Below, piece after piece: positions 50,647 to 60,360 of a stretch of DNA of 64,000 bases. Position 1 is the first letter of the stretch. Each line of letters starts with the position of its first letter. A model generated the notes under the pieces. The model worked only from the letters and a program-made list of their open reading frames with translations. It was not told the origin of the DNA and did no database searches. Source of the DNA: an uncultured bacterium (lineage in GTDB: Bacteria; Oederibacteriota; JAAXVQ01; JAUVAV01); NCBI GenBank assembly GCA_963710755.1, contig CAVQBK010000004.1, positions 128,001 through 192,000 on the forward strand. The letters run 5' to 3'. Position numbers and translations under genes: made by a program.

Positions 50647-50647
50647 T

Positions 50648-51541
50648 ATGGATCAATATGAAAATCGTGGTCTGATTTCCAACAGTGACCGAAAAAAAGG
50701 AAGCACCAAACTGTTGTTTGGGCTGGGTGGTACTTTGGTCATCGGGTTGGCCCTGCTGACCGTGGTGCCTTTCTTTTGGATGGTAGCCTCGGCCCTGACA
50801 CCGGCCCAGCATATGTTCGACTGGCCGCCTCGTTGGTTCAGCGGGGTTTGGGACTGGTCCTCTTTTGGCATAGCCCTCCAGCATGTCCCGTTCTCCACGT
50901 ATATTTTCAATTCTCTGATCCACTGCTTTGGGGTGGTGTTGGGACAGTTGCTGCTCTCCTCGCTGGCGGCCTATGCTTTTGCCAAGATGAGACCGCCTTT
51001 TGGGAAATTTTTGATGATTTTATTTTTAACCACGCTCATGATTCCAGTGGAGAGCCTGCTCATTCCGCTTTATCTGGTGATGAAAAGTTTTCCGGCGAGC
51101 AGCTTGCCCAATGCCAACCTAATCTCCACCTTCTGGGGCTTGATTTTGCCCACTGTGGTGTCGGCCTTTAATATATTAATTTTAAAGAGTTTTTTTGAAC
51201 GTCTGCCGGCTGATCTTATTGATGCCGCCCGTTTGGATGGTTGTTCGGAATTGATGATTTTCCGCAAAATCGCCATCCCCTTATCCACACCGATTTTAGT
51301 AGTTCTGGGCATCTTTGGTTTTATTACCACTTGGAACAGCTTTTTCTGGCCGCTTATTGTATTAAACGATCCCAAGATGTATACCTTGATGGTGGGTATT
51401 CAAAAAATGGTGGAAATGGGCGAACCTTGGAATGTGATCATGGCTGTGGTCACCTTGGCCACCATTCCTACGATTCTGCTTTACTTTGCCTTTCAACGCT
51501 ACATTGTGCGCGGCGTGGTCTTCACCGGCTACCAGGCGTAG
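50648..51541 (+). CDS. Carbohydrate ABC permease
   Basis: PFFWMV, NS, AAYAFAK, MIP, LIDAARLDG (EAA loop), WNSFFWP, FQRYIVRG. Confidence 0.93.
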   Translation: MDQYENRGLISNSDRKKGSTKLLFGLGGTLVIGLALLTVVPFFWMVASALTPAQHMFDWPPRWFSGVWDWSSFGIALQHVPFSTYIFNSLIHCFGVVLGQLLLSSLAAYAFAKMRPPFGKFLMILFLTTLMIPVESLLIPLYLVMKSFPASSLPNANLISTFWGLILPTVVSAFNILILKSFFERLPADLIDAARLDGCSELMIFRKIAIPLSTPILVVLGIFGFITTWNSFFWPLIVLNDPKMYTLMVGIQKMVEMGEPWNVIMAVVTLATIPTILLYFAFQRYIVRGVVFTGYQA

Positions 51542-51613
51542 GAGGCTGAGCAATTACTTGCTCAGCCTCCTGAGAATCTAAAATCGAGAGTTTTCAATTC
51601 TCGATTTTAGATT
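51540..51613. terminator. Two adjacent perfect hairpins after the ABC operon
   Basis: AGGAGGCTGAGCAA-TTAC-TTGCTCAGCCTCCT and AATCTAAAATCGAGA-N9-TCTCGATTTTAGATT. Confidence 0.6.
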
Positions 51614-51660
51614 TTAGATTCGGTCGATTATCAATTTCCGATTTTCATTTTTTAAAAATA

Positions 51661-52219
51661 GACGCTTCGCAGCCCCGACCGGAATTGATATTATGTGAAA
51701 GGGACGCTTCGCAGCCCCGACCGGAATCGATATTATGTGAAAGGGACGCTTCGCAGCCCCGACCGGAATCGATATTATGTGAAAGGGACGCTTCGCAGCC
51801 CCGACCGGAATCGATATTATGTGAAAGGGACGCTTCGCAGCCCCGACCGGAATCGATATTATGTGAAAGGGACGCTTCGCAGCCCCGACCGGAATCGATA
51901 TTATGTGAAAGGGACGCTTCGCAGCCCCGACCGGAATCGATATTATGTGAAAGGGACGCTTCGCAGCCCCGACCGGAATCGATATTATGTGAAAGGGACG
52001 CTTCGCAGCCCCGACCGGAATCGATATTATGTGAAAGGGACGCTTCGCAGCCCCGACTGGAATTGATATTATGTGAAAGGGACGCTTCGCAGCCCCGACC
52101 GGAATTGATATTATGTGAAAGGGACGCTTCGCAGCCCCGACTGGAATTGATATTATGTGAAAGGGACGCTTCGCAGCCCCGACTGGAATTGATATTATGT
52201 GAAAGGGACGCTTCGCAGC
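51661..52219. repeat. Tandem array of 13 full plus 1 partial 42-bp units
   Basis: Unit GACGCTTCGCAGCCCCGAC(C/T)GGAAT(C/T)GATATTATGTGAAAGG, head to tail with no spacers. Confidence 0.97.
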
Positions 52220-52326
52220 GGTTAATTTGTTTGAGTTTACTTCAGGCTGGGCACCGCAAGCGGTGCTCTTGCAATTAGCCGACAGGAAAAGATTAATTTT
52301 CAGACGGCTGCTAAACAGGAGGATAA

Positions 52327-52491
52327 ATGGCTAGGAAAAAAAAGATCCAACAAGAATTAAACATGGCCGAACATTCCGCCAGATTGCGGGCCATTCCCTC
52401 ACCGCAATGGGAGACTATCGGGCGTTGGGTTATGACCATGGTAGGTGCAGCGGTATTGATGGGGCTGGCCTATTTGGTGCTGAGTCGCTGA
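52327..52491 (+). CDS. Small (54 aa) membrane protein, absent from the ORF track
   Basis: AGGAGG RBS; MARKKKIQQELNMAEHSARLRAIPSPQWETIGRWVMTMVGAAVLMGLAYLVLSR; C-terminal TM helix. Confidence 0.65.
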   Translation: MARKKKIQQELNMAEHSARLRAIPSPQWETIGRWVMTMVGAAVLMGLAYLVLSR

Positions 52492-52598
52492 ATGTCGGCG
52501 TAATGGCTACCGCAGCTAATCATTCTTACAGTTGCCCTTAATTCCAAGCCGGTACCCTTGGGTTGGGGTCCAACCTTCTAAAAAACAAAAAGGTATTC

Positions 52599-53168
52599 AT
52601 GAATTCAGGGATTGAAAGACAATTAAAAAAACTGTTGCCGGAACGGCGTTATCGTCATTCCCTGGCAGTGGCCCATTGGGCCAGAACCCTGGCCCACAGA
52701 CATCAGGGCCATGGACAGCACGCCTTTCTGGCAGGCCTGCTGCATGACTGCGCACGCGCCTTGAGCCCGGAGAAATTAAAGGTCTTGCTGAAAGCCTACC
52801 GGGGAAAATATTTTGACCGGGCCACCAGGGCCAATCCGGCGCTATGGCATAATCCTGCAGGGGTAATTTTGGCGCGACGGGACTATAAGATCCGCCATCC
52901 TTTTATTCTGCGCGCCATTGCACTCCATTCTACCGGCGACCGGCATATGCGCCTGTTGGACAAGATCATTTATGTGGCTGATTTTTCGGAACCAGGCAGG
53001 ACCTTTACGGAAGCGCAGGCCGTACGCACGGTGGCTGCTCAAGACTTGGACCGGGCGGTAGGTTTAACCGTGAAATATAAAATGGATTATTTACTTTCCG
53101 AAGGCAAGACTCTTCATCCCCGCTCTTTGGCATTGGCCAGAGGGTTGTCCATGGTGGTAAGCTCATAG
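52599..53168 (+). CDS. yqeK: HD-domain Ap4A hydrolase YqeK
   Basis: RY.HS..VA, AGLLHDCA, WH, AI..HSTG, LDKIIYVADFSEPGR.F. Confidence 0.85.
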   Translation: MNSGIERQLKKLLPERRYRHSLAVAHWARTLAHRHQGHGQHAFLAGLLHDCARALSPEKLKVLLKAYRGKYFDRATRANPALWHNPAGVILARRDYKIRHPFILRAIALHSTGDRHMRLLDKIIYVADFSEPGRTFTEAQAVRTVAAQDLDRAVGLTVKYKMDYLLSEGKTLHPRSLALARGLSMVVSS

Positions 53169-54148
53169 AGTTCATCGGTCAGAACCGTTAATTTTTCCGG
53201 GCTCCACCGTCCTTGGTCATTCAACTGTTTGGATAAATGTACCGGCAATTGCGCCGGACCAAGATGGGCCGCGGCTATGCCGCCGGTCATCGCGGCTGTG
53301 GTATCGGCATCACCGCCGGCGGCAATGGCCGTACAGACCGATTCCCAGTAATCATCAGGGGTCTTAAGAAAAGCATATAGGCTCCAGATCACGCTGCTGG
53401 TCACGAAAGGCGAGATACCGTGCCAGTTGTCCTGATAAGACTCTTCAATCCCGGCCCGGGCGATGAGTTCGGCCGCATGCGGCGGTTGCAGATCGAGCCA
53501 GCGGGGAAGTTTCTGCAGCTGATCGGCGAAGTCCTGGCTGATGGGGCGGCACCATTGCAGCAATTGATCGATGAATTCAGGAGGATTGATGGTCTCCGAC
53601 GTCAACGCCAGGGCTGTGGCCCCGGCCATGGTTACCGAGCCGGCCAAACAGCGGGGATCCTGATGGGTGATCCAGCTTTGATCATAAGCAGCCTGCACCA
53701 TTTCTTCCGGCTGTTGGTAATAATACAGACCGATAGCCAGGGCGCGCGTGGTACTGCTGTTACCGGCTGTGGGCGGCAAGGTACCTGCTTTTTTCCATGG
53801 CACACCGTGGATTAGACGCTGAACAGCTTCCTGAGTGGAGCGGCCCTGACCTATAATTTTATTGGTTTCGTACAGGCGGGCAAAACGATGGGCCACATCT
53901 TCCGGCTCAAATCCCTGGCAATGGGTAATGCTTTCAATGATGGTTCGCGTCATCTGGGTATCATCGGAATATTGGCCGAATTCAAAGGGATAATGCTTCC
54001 ATTGGCCTGCCAATCCTGCTAAAAGAAACTGGCTTACATAACGCTCGGTGATAGCCGGTGGATAGCCCTCCACCGGAAATCCCAGGGCATCCCCTAAGGC
54101 CAGACCAAGCAAGGCTGCTGAAAAATGTTCTTTGGTAGGCTGTCGCAT
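53114..54148 (-). CDS. ADP-ribosylglycohydrolase (DraG/ARH family)
   Basis: GLALGDALG.PVE, YSDDTQM, G.G.ST, AGNS, ITH, GGDADTTAAMTG. Confidence 0.92.
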   Translation of the reverse strand: MRQPTKEHFSAALLGLALGDALGFPVEGYPPAITERYVSQFLLAGLAGQWKHYPFEFGQYSDDTQMTRTIIESITHCQGFEPEDVAHRFARLYETNKIIGQGRSTQEAVQRLIHGVPWKKAGTLPPTAGNSSTTRALAIGLYYYQQPEEMVQAAYDQSWITHQDPRCLAGSVTMAGATALALTSETINPPEFIDQLLQWCRPISQDFADQLQKLPRWLDLQPPHAAELIARAGIEESYQDNWHGISPFVTSSVIWSLYAFLKTPDDYWESVCTAIAAGGDADTTAAMTGGIAAAHLGPAQLPVHLSKQLNDQGRWSPEKLTVLTDELYELTTMDNPLANAKERG

Positions 54149-54228
54149 GTTGCCAGACTTCCTTTTTTTAATTAACTTAATCATAGTATCGACATAATAC
54201 TCATTTCTTTAACTAGGACACCTGAAAT

Positions 54229-54356
54229 TCCCCTGAGGGGAGGTTGTGGGCGGGTTTATTTAAATTCCCTGCGGCCTGCCGCAGGGAATTTAAATCGGAA
54301 ATAATTTTATTTGACTAGTTTCCCTTCATCCCCTGGGATGAAGGGAAACTAGTCAA
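54229..54356. repeat. Cluster of three palindromes ending the bio operon
   Basis: TCCCC-TGA-GGGGA; 17-bp arms at 54258-54295; 22-bp perfect arms at 54311-54356. Confidence 0.8.
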
Positions 54357-55016
54357 CCAAGGGGAAAAATCAGGCATTTTAAAGGGCGTAGTTGTCTCCA
54401 TCCAAGGGACGCCGACCAGCGGCAAATGGGGCCATTGCGTTTGAAACAGTGCTTCCGTGTCCCGGGCAATAATTTCAGGGGTTTGCCGATCCTGGATGCA
54501 GGCCAGTCCCAAAGCGGTGAGGCTACGCTGCGCCAGGGCATCCAGCGACAACCAGGTATGATTGATGCTGCCTAGACGGGTGGAGGTGACCATGAGGCTG
54601 GGCCATTGGGTTTGGCTCAGCAGGTCCAAAATGGTGAAGGTCCGGTCAAGGGGAACCTGCAGGCCGCCGGCGCCTTCCACGAGGACCATCTCATAAGTCT
54701 GCTGCAAGGTTGCGAAGGTTTGCAGAAGATGGTCCTTGTCAATAGGTTGGCCGGCTTGACCGGCCGCTAAATGAGGCGAAGCCGCCAAAGGAAACACATA
54801 AGGGCAGGTTAGACCCTGCTCATCTTCAGGCAGCAGCGGCGTGTTCATCAGGTGTCGATGAATAAGGATGTCCTCGGAGAGGCCTTGACACCCGGTCTGA
54901 ACCAATTTGGCGGTGATGACCGAGCGGCCTTGGTTTTTTAAAAAGGCGGCCAGCAAGCCGGTGACAAAACTTTTACCGATGCCCGTGTCGATGCCTGCGA
55001 TAAAGATGATGCTCAT
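54315..55016 (-). CDS. bioD: Dethiobiotin synthase
   Basis: IFIAGIDTGIGKS, K.VQTG, SPHLAA, VEGAGGL.VP, LGSINHT.L. Confidence 0.95.
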   Translation of the reverse strand: MSIIFIAGIDTGIGKSFVTGLLAAFLKNQGRSVITAKLVQTGCQGLSEDILIHRHLMNTPLLPEDEQGLTCPYVFPLAASPHLAAGQAGQPIDKDHLLQTFATLQQTYEMVLVEGAGGLQVPLDRTFTILDLLSQTQWPSLMVTSTRLGSINHTWLSLDALAQRSLTALGLACIQDRQTPEIIARDTEALFQTQWPHLPLVGVPWMETTTPFKMPDFSPWLTSFPSSQGMKGN

Positions 55017-55777
55017 AAACCGGACTCCTTTTTCTGAAAGATAAACCAATAGGGATGATAATCCAGCTGGTAATCATCCTCAAAACGCAGTGCAGCGCGA
55101 TAGCGGGTGGAAAGCTGTTCCAAGGAGGACTTGGTCCAGGTGCGGGTGACCAGGGCATTAACGCCGGTAGCTTTCAAATGACGCAACAGTTCCAGGAAGG
55201 AAGGAAAGTGCAAGCGGAGATGCTCCTCGTGAACCCACCGGCAGGTGCCAAAGGGGGCCAGGGTCTCCAGAATTACTTGGCGTGGAAAATAGGTCAAGGA
55301 AGGTCCCAGGGTTTTGGCAAAGGCTTGGAAATGATCAGGCCCAAAGGTGGTAAACGCCAATAGCCCTTGTGGCTGTAAACGAGCCATCCAGGTGGTCAAA
55401 GCCTCCAAGGGGCGTTCAAACCACTGAAGTGCGGCATTGGAAATAATCAGATCAAAGTGATGACCAGCTAAGTCCAGCTGCTCCGCATCACCGTTCCAAT
55501 AGGTGAGCCATTGTCGTTGGCGGTAAATTTCCAAGTCGCGGTTTAACTGAGGAACAAGATCATTGCCCCAGAGATGACCAATAGACAGTTTTTCGGCCAG
55601 CAGACGGGTTAACAACCCTGTCCCCATGCCCACTTCCAAAGCTGCAGGAAAAAATCCGGAATGCAGGCCAGAGAGCTTATCAACCAGCATTAGCGCCATC
55701 CGGCGCTGAATGGAGGCTTTTTGGTTGTAGCTGGTTTGGGCCCGGCCAAAACGTTTTTGGATAAGGAGCTTATTCAC
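55013..55777 (-). CDS. bioC: Malonyl-ACP O-methyltransferase
   Basis: K..I..RF.RA..Y...A.IQ, LEVG.GTG, GDAE, SNA.LQW, HLKATGVN. GTG start at 55777 overlaps the upstream stop. Confidence 0.9.
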   Translation of the reverse strand: MNKLLIQKRFGRAQTSYNQKASIQRRMALMLVDKLSGLHSGFFPAALEVGMGTGLLTRLLAEKLSIGHLWGNDLVPQLNRDLEIYRQRQWLTYWNGDAEQLDLAGHHFDLIISNAALQWFERPLEALTTWMARLQPQGLLAFTTFGPDHFQAFAKTLGPSLTYFPRQVILETLAPFGTCRWVHEEHLRLHFPSFLELLRHLKATGVNALVTRTWTKSSLEQLSTRYRAALRFEDDYQLDYHPYWFIFQKKESGL

Positions 55778-56453
55778 CCTGCACCTCGTGCAGCAATGCT
55801 TCCCAGGAAGGCCAGCGGTAAAAGGGAAAATGACCACTTTCAAGCATGTGCACTGTGCTCTGATTTTTCCAAAAGCGCATTTGATTACGGGCGGAGATGA
55901 TTTTGTCCTGGGTGCTGATGTAGGCTGCATCAAATTGACCGCTCAGCCGGTCCAGAGGATCCTGCTGCACCAGCTCACGCAAACGGATCAATTCCGCCTG
56001 CTGATCTTGCCAACCGCGCCGGGGCAAGTGGGCCAAGAACCGCTCCCGTTCGCTGGGTGTGGCCACCAGGTCTTCATAAAATTGCCGGGCAGCGGCTTCA
56101 CTAAACGATTCGCACTGCTGGTCATAAATAGCGGGGGGGATACCATAGCGGTCATGAATGGGATTCAACGTACCGTTGATGGCCAGGCTAAAGACCGGGG
56201 TATCGGGCAATTGCTCCATCACCTTTTGTGACATCCAGACCCCCATAGAGAATCCAATCAAGGTGAAGGATTTGTAGGGTTGGAGCATGGCTCGCGCCTG
56301 GGGAGGAATAAGAGCGGTTTGGTAATCATAAAACATGAGTACATCAAAGAGGCTGCTGGTAAGCGGGATAAAAGGCTGTTCATCCAGACCCCAGCCATTA
56401 AAAAAGATGATAAGATTTTCCGCTTTATTCCTGATGGTCCACGTATAGCGCAT
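55770..56453 (-). CDS. bioG: Pimeloyl-ACP methyl ester esterase, BioG/DUF452 type
   Basis: LIIFFNGWG.D, YDY, GFSMGVW (nucleophile), AINGT..PI....GIP, D.I, H.PF. Confidence 0.85.
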   Translation of the reverse strand: MRYTWTIRNKAENLIIFFNGWGLDEQPFIPLTSSLFDVLMFYDYQTALIPPQARAMLQPYKSFTLIGFSMGVWMSQKVMEQLPDTPVFSLAINGTLNPIHDRYGIPPAIYDQQCESFSEAAARQFYEDLVATPSERERFLAHLPRRGWQDQQAELIRLRELVQQDPLDRLSGQFDAAYISTQDKIISARNQMRFWKNQSTVHMLESGHFPFYRWPSWEALLHEVQGE

Positions 56454-56599
56454 AAGTCAAGGCACCTGCCTTCTTTTCAGATTAGAGTGTGTGGAGGAAA
56501 AGCCACTTTAGTTTCTATGTCACCAAAACCCGTCCCTATAAGATTTAAATACTCCCTGTGAACTATTTTTTCCACAAACTGGTACCACCTTGGCCTGCA

Positions 56600-57799
56600 T
56601 CAGGTGCAGCAGCGGGCAATCAACGCCGGCAGCTCTTGAAGGTCCTGCCAATTAAGACCTGCAGTGAGAGAGATTCTGAGTCTGGCCTGGCCTGCGGGCA
56701 CTGTAGGCGGACGTATGGGGAACAACAGGAACTGGTTTTCCCGGCACGCTTGTGCCACGGCCACAGTCTGTTCATTAGGGCCGATTATAACAGGCACGAT
56801 ATGACTCTGGCCCAGGGTGGACAAGCCTTCTTTGGCCAAAGCTGCGCGCAGGTTTCCTGACAAAGTCTCCAAGTGTCGGCGCCGGTCAGACAAGGTTGGC
56901 AAAAGGCCAAAGACCATGCGTGTCCAATTAAGATTGAGCGGGGGCAAGGCCGTGGTGTAAATAAAAGGACGCATGGTATTGACTAAATAATCGGTAACCA
57001 CTTTCTCAGCCACCACAAAGGCCCCCACCGAGGCCAGGGCCTTGCCGAAAGTGCCCACAATCAATTCGATTTTATCAAGCAAGCCTTGTGCCTCAGCCAA
57101 GCCCAGACCGCGCTCGCCCATTACCCCCAAAGCGTGGGCCTCGTCCACATAAAGCCAGGCATGATAGTGGTCGCGCAGGCTGGTCAAGCCTTTGAGGTCC
57201 GCCACATCACCATCCATACTGAACACACTTTCCGTGACAATCAGGGCCCGGCGATAGTTCGCGCGATGCCGGCTCAGCAATTGTTCCAGGTGATTCAGAT
57301 CCAGATGACGGTAGCGGTAGAGTTTGGCGCCCGATAACTGATCGCCGTCAATGATGCTGGCATGATTGAGACGGTCTGAAAAAATGGCATCCCGACGATC
57401 AAGCAAGGCCGATAGCAGGCCCACATTGGCGTGGTAACCGGAGTTAAATACCAGGGCGCTGGGACGGCCGTATGCCCGGGCCAGTTCCTCTTCCAGATGA
57501 TGAACCTGGGAGGTGGTGCCGGTTAAGAGCCGGGAAGAGGAAGAGCCCAGCGCGAAGTCCTCAAGGCGATTGCGGGCGGAAAGGTTTTGGAAAAATTGCT
57601 CATGCAAAGCCTGGTCCGCGGCCAGTCCCAGGTAATCGTTGGAGGAGAGGTTAAGCATGGGCTGATCCTGAAAGTGACTGTGTTCGGGTGTGCGTGCTGA
57701 CACCACCCGGCATTGACGCAGGCGGTCTTCGGCCGCCAACTGATTCAAATGGGTTTGCAACTCTTCAAAGGCCATGTTTTTCATTTTATCCTCAACCAT
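56600..57799 (-). CDS. bioF: 8-amino-7-oxononanoate synthase
   Basis: NLSSNDYLGL, SGY.AN, DRLNHASIIDG, ESVFSMDGD, DEAHA, GTFGKA, IRPPTVP. Confidence 0.96.
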   Translation of the reverse strand: MVEDKMKNMAFEELQTHLNQLAAEDRLRQCRVVSARTPEHSHFQDQPMLNLSSNDYLGLAADQALHEQFFQNLSARNRLEDFALGSSSSRLLTGTTSQVHHLEEELARAYGRPSALVFNSGYHANVGLLSALLDRRDAIFSDRLNHASIIDGDQLSGAKLYRYRHLDLNHLEQLLSRHRANYRRALIVTESVFSMDGDVADLKGLTSLRDHYHAWLYVDEAHALGVMGERGLGLAEAQGLLDKIELIVGTFGKALASVGAFVVAEKVVTDYLVNTMRPFIYTTALPPLNLNWTRMVFGLLPTLSDRRRHLETLSGNLRAALAKEGLSTLGQSHIVPVIIGPNEQTVAVAQACRENQFLLFPIRPPTVPAGQARLRISLTAGLNWQDLQELPALIARCCT

Positions 57800-57840
57800 A
57801 GGCTAACGGCTTACCCCGGCTAGGCAGCGATGAATCGAAG

Positions 57841-59223
57841 TCAAGGCTCCAGCCGGGCCAAGGCCGTGGTGATGGCGTCCATGCTGCGGTCCATGATGGC
57901 ATCAATATCCTCCTTGGTCACGGCCAGAGGCAGAAACCAATAAATGGTGTCGCCCAGTGGACGCAGCAGGAGTTGATGCTTTACAGATTCCAGAAAGATG
58001 TTAAAGCCTGCGCGCGCTTCCGGGGCATAGGTCTGGCGTTGCCGCCGGCTTTTCATAATATCAATGGCACCGATAAAGCCCAGGTGACGAATGTCAGCCA
58101 CCTGATCCAAGTTTTCGTATTCCTGCAGGCGATAGTGAAAATGTTGGATGACTTCAGTTTGCGACTGCGGCAATTGTTGGTCTTTGAACATTTGCAGATT
58201 GGCGGCGGCCACGGCGCAGGCCAGGGCATTGGCTGTAAAGGTATGGCCGTGGAAAAAGGTTTTGGACGCCTGATCATCGCTGTAAAAAGCCTGATAGACA
58301 GGTTCGGTGGTTACGGTAAGCGCCAGCGGCAGGGTGCCGCTGGTCAGGCCTTTGGCCAGACAAATAAAGTCGGGCACCACTCCGGCTTGTTCATAGGCAA
58401 ACATAGTTCCTGTGCGGCCAAAGCCCGTGGCCACTTCATCAAAGATGAGCAATACATCCAGTTCCCGCGTAAGCGCGCGCAATTTTTTAAGGTAGTTGGC
58501 ATGATAGAGGGAGAGGCCACCGGCGCCTTGCATCAGGGGCTCCACGATGACCGCAGCCACCTCCTGGTGATGCTGCTCCAGCAGCCCGGCCATGCTTTGG
58601 AAGCAGGACAAATCGCAGTGGTGCTGCTGTCCGTCCCAGGTAAAAGAGGTATTACGCTTGGGACAGGCCGAGCAATTGGGACTGGCCGCCTGGTAAGAGT
58701 TAAAGCGCAACGGGGCATACAAGCGGTGATAGAGTTCCATACCGCCCACACTCATACTGCCAACCGTATCGCCATGATAAGCATTTTCCAAAAAGATAAA
58801 CCGTTGTTTACGGGGATGGCCGATGTTCTGCCAATATTGAAAGGCCATTTTCAAAGCGATCTCAGTGGAGGTGGCGCCGCTGTCGGAAAAGAAAAATCGC
58901 CGTAGACTGGGATCGAGGACTTCGGTCAGATGCTTGACCACCTCGGCCGCCGGACTGTGGGTGATACCGGCAAAGAGGATATGGTCCAGTTTGTCCATCT
59001 GCTGCTGCAGGGCCTCTTTCAAGACCGGATGTCCATGGCCATGTACATTACACCACCAGGAAGAAACCGTATCGTAATACATGGTGCCCTGGGCATCGTA
59101 CAATTTCACACCCTCTCCCCGGGTCATGACAATGGGATCGCGGTCTTCGTAATCCTTCATTTGGGTATAGGGATGCCAAATGTGATTGCGATCAATAGCT
59201 AAGATATCTTCCTGACTAAGCAT
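57841..59223 (-). CDS. bioA: Adenosylmethionine-8-amino-7-oxononanoate aminotransferase
   Basis: HIWHPYTQM, SSWWCNVHGH, YHGDT, EP.MQGAGG, FDEVATGFGRTG, AKGLT, FFHGHT, RPLG. Confidence 0.96.
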   Translation of the reverse strand: MLSQEDILAIDRNHIWHPYTQMKDYEDRDPIVMTRGEGVKLYDAQGTMYYDTVSSWWCNVHGHGHPVLKEALQQQMDKLDHILFAGITHSPAAEVVKHLTEVLDPSLRRFFFSDSGATSTEIALKMAFQYWQNIGHPRKQRFIFLENAYHGDTVGSMSVGGMELYHRLYAPLRFNSYQAASPNCSACPKRNTSFTWDGQQHHCDLSCFQSMAGLLEQHHQEVAAVIVEPLMQGAGGLSLYHANYLKKLRALTRELDVLLIFDEVATGFGRTGTMFAYEQAGVVPDFICLAKGLTSGTLPLALTVTTEPVYQAFYSDDQASKTFFHGHTFTANALACAVAAANLQMFKDQQLPQSQTEVIQHFHYRLQEYENLDQVADIRHLGFIGAIDIMKSRRQRQTYAPEARAGFNIFLESVKHQLLLRPLGDTIYWFLPLAVTKEDIDAIMDRSMDAITTALARLEP

Positions 59224-59322
59224 GATAACATCCTTTCTAAAGGGGAGGCATCACCAGGACTAAGGGCTTGTCCATAAGGTATGGCAAGAAGTAATGATGA
59301 TGTCTCTGGCCCGGGTTGCAAT

Positions 59323-60345
59323 TTATTTTTCAAATGATTTTAACTCTTCCCAAAAGAGACGGTCGTCGTCCACCGCCCGGCCGCGGGTGGTGAGATAACC
59401 GCCGGTTAAAAATCCATTGATACCGGCCAGCATAAGCAGACCCTGAAAATCCTTCATTCTGGTTTCCCGGCCGGCCGCGAATTTTATGGTTTTAAGCGGA
59501 TGAATCAGCCGGAAAAGAGCGAACGTTTTGGCCACGTCAGCTGCGCTTATACTGGAATTGTTTTCCAGAGGTGTGCCGGCAATGGGGATCAGAACATTTA
59601 AAGGAATGACGTCCACGTCCAGGTCTTTAAGCGCATAGGCCAGGTCCAGCCGGTCGGTCATGGTTTCGCCCAGGCCCAGAATACCGCCTACACAGGTGCC
59701 GATACCGGCTTGATGCAACCATTCAATAGTGCGCAGTTTATCGTCAATGCCATGGGTCGTGGCAATGAGTTGACTGTATTTTTCCGGAGCCACTTGCAGA
59801 TTAATATTGTAGTGCGCGATACCGGCCTCGGCCAGAGCCTTCACATTCTCCTGGCCCAAAATACCCAAGGAAGCACATACGTTGAGTTCGGGATAGGCCT
59901 GGTGAATGGCATGGATCCCTTGGAGAATCCGGCGGAACTCGTCATCGATGCCTGCATAACCGCGGCCGCTGGTCACCAGGCCAAAGCTACGTACACCACT
60001 GGCATGGGCTTGACCGGCAGCCGTGACCATGGCCTCTTGATTCTGCAATCCATAGCTGTCAATGGCGGCAGCATGATGGGCGGACTGGGCACAGAAACGG
60101 CAATTTTCTGTGCAGGCGCCGGACTTGGCATTCATGATGGTGCAAGCGTGGTGGGGCTGGGCGAACTTGAGTCTGACCTTGTTTGCCAGACTGAGCAGAT
60201 CAAGAAGATCAGGCCCTTCCAGGGTACTTAATCCGTCGGCCAACGCCCGTGATAAGGGCCTGGCCTCCAGGACACTGTAGGCTTCGGCCACCAGGGGATG
60301 CAGGCAGTCCGTCACCGGCGTTTCTTCCAAACTTTTTGGGAACAT
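59323..60345 (-). CDS. bioB: Biotin synthase
   Basis: NAKSG.CTENCRFCAQS radical-SAM motif, CASLG, GGILGLGE, GTP, AAGRE, GGYLTT.G. Confidence 0.95.
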   Translation of the reverse strand: MFPKSLEETPVTDCLHPLVAEAYSVLEARPLSRALADGLSTLEGPDLLDLLSLANKVRLKFAQPHHACTIMNAKSGACTENCRFCAQSAHHAAAIDSYGLQNQEAMVTAAGQAHASGVRSFGLVTSGRGYAGIDDEFRRILQGIHAIHQAYPELNVCASLGILGQENVKALAEAGIAHYNINLQVAPEKYSQLIATTHGIDDKLRTIEWLHQAGIGTCVGGILGLGETMTDRLDLAYALKDLDVDVIPLNVLIPIAGTPLENNSSISAADVAKTFALFRLIHPLKTIKFAAGRETRMKDFQGLLMLAGINGFLTGGYLTTRGRAVDDDRLFWEELKSFEK

Positions 60346-60360
60346 GAGAATCCTCGCGTG

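Noticed and set aside
51661-52219. CRISPR array
   Set aside because: Units abut with no unique spacers, and no cas genes are in the window.
51685-52278. ORFs of repeated ILCERDASQPRPES or VKGTLRSPDRNRYY
   Set aside because: By-products of a stop-free 42-bp unit; no RBS or credible start.
53114-53168. Functional coupling of yqeK and the ADP-ribosylglycohydrolase through their 55-bp convergent overlap
   Set aside because: Short tail-to-tail overlaps are common; nothing else suggests a shared system.
55778-55933. Long N-terminal extension of bioC in the ORF track (likewise lexA 29585-29686)
   Set aside because: The bioC extension overlaps the upstream gene, and the lexA one lies in regulatory DNA; better starts with an RBS lie downstream.
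57973-58905. 310-aa + strand ORF, and similar antisense ORFs such as 30374-31126 and 61874-62647
   Set aside because: Antisense to well-supported genes, with no recognisable motifs.
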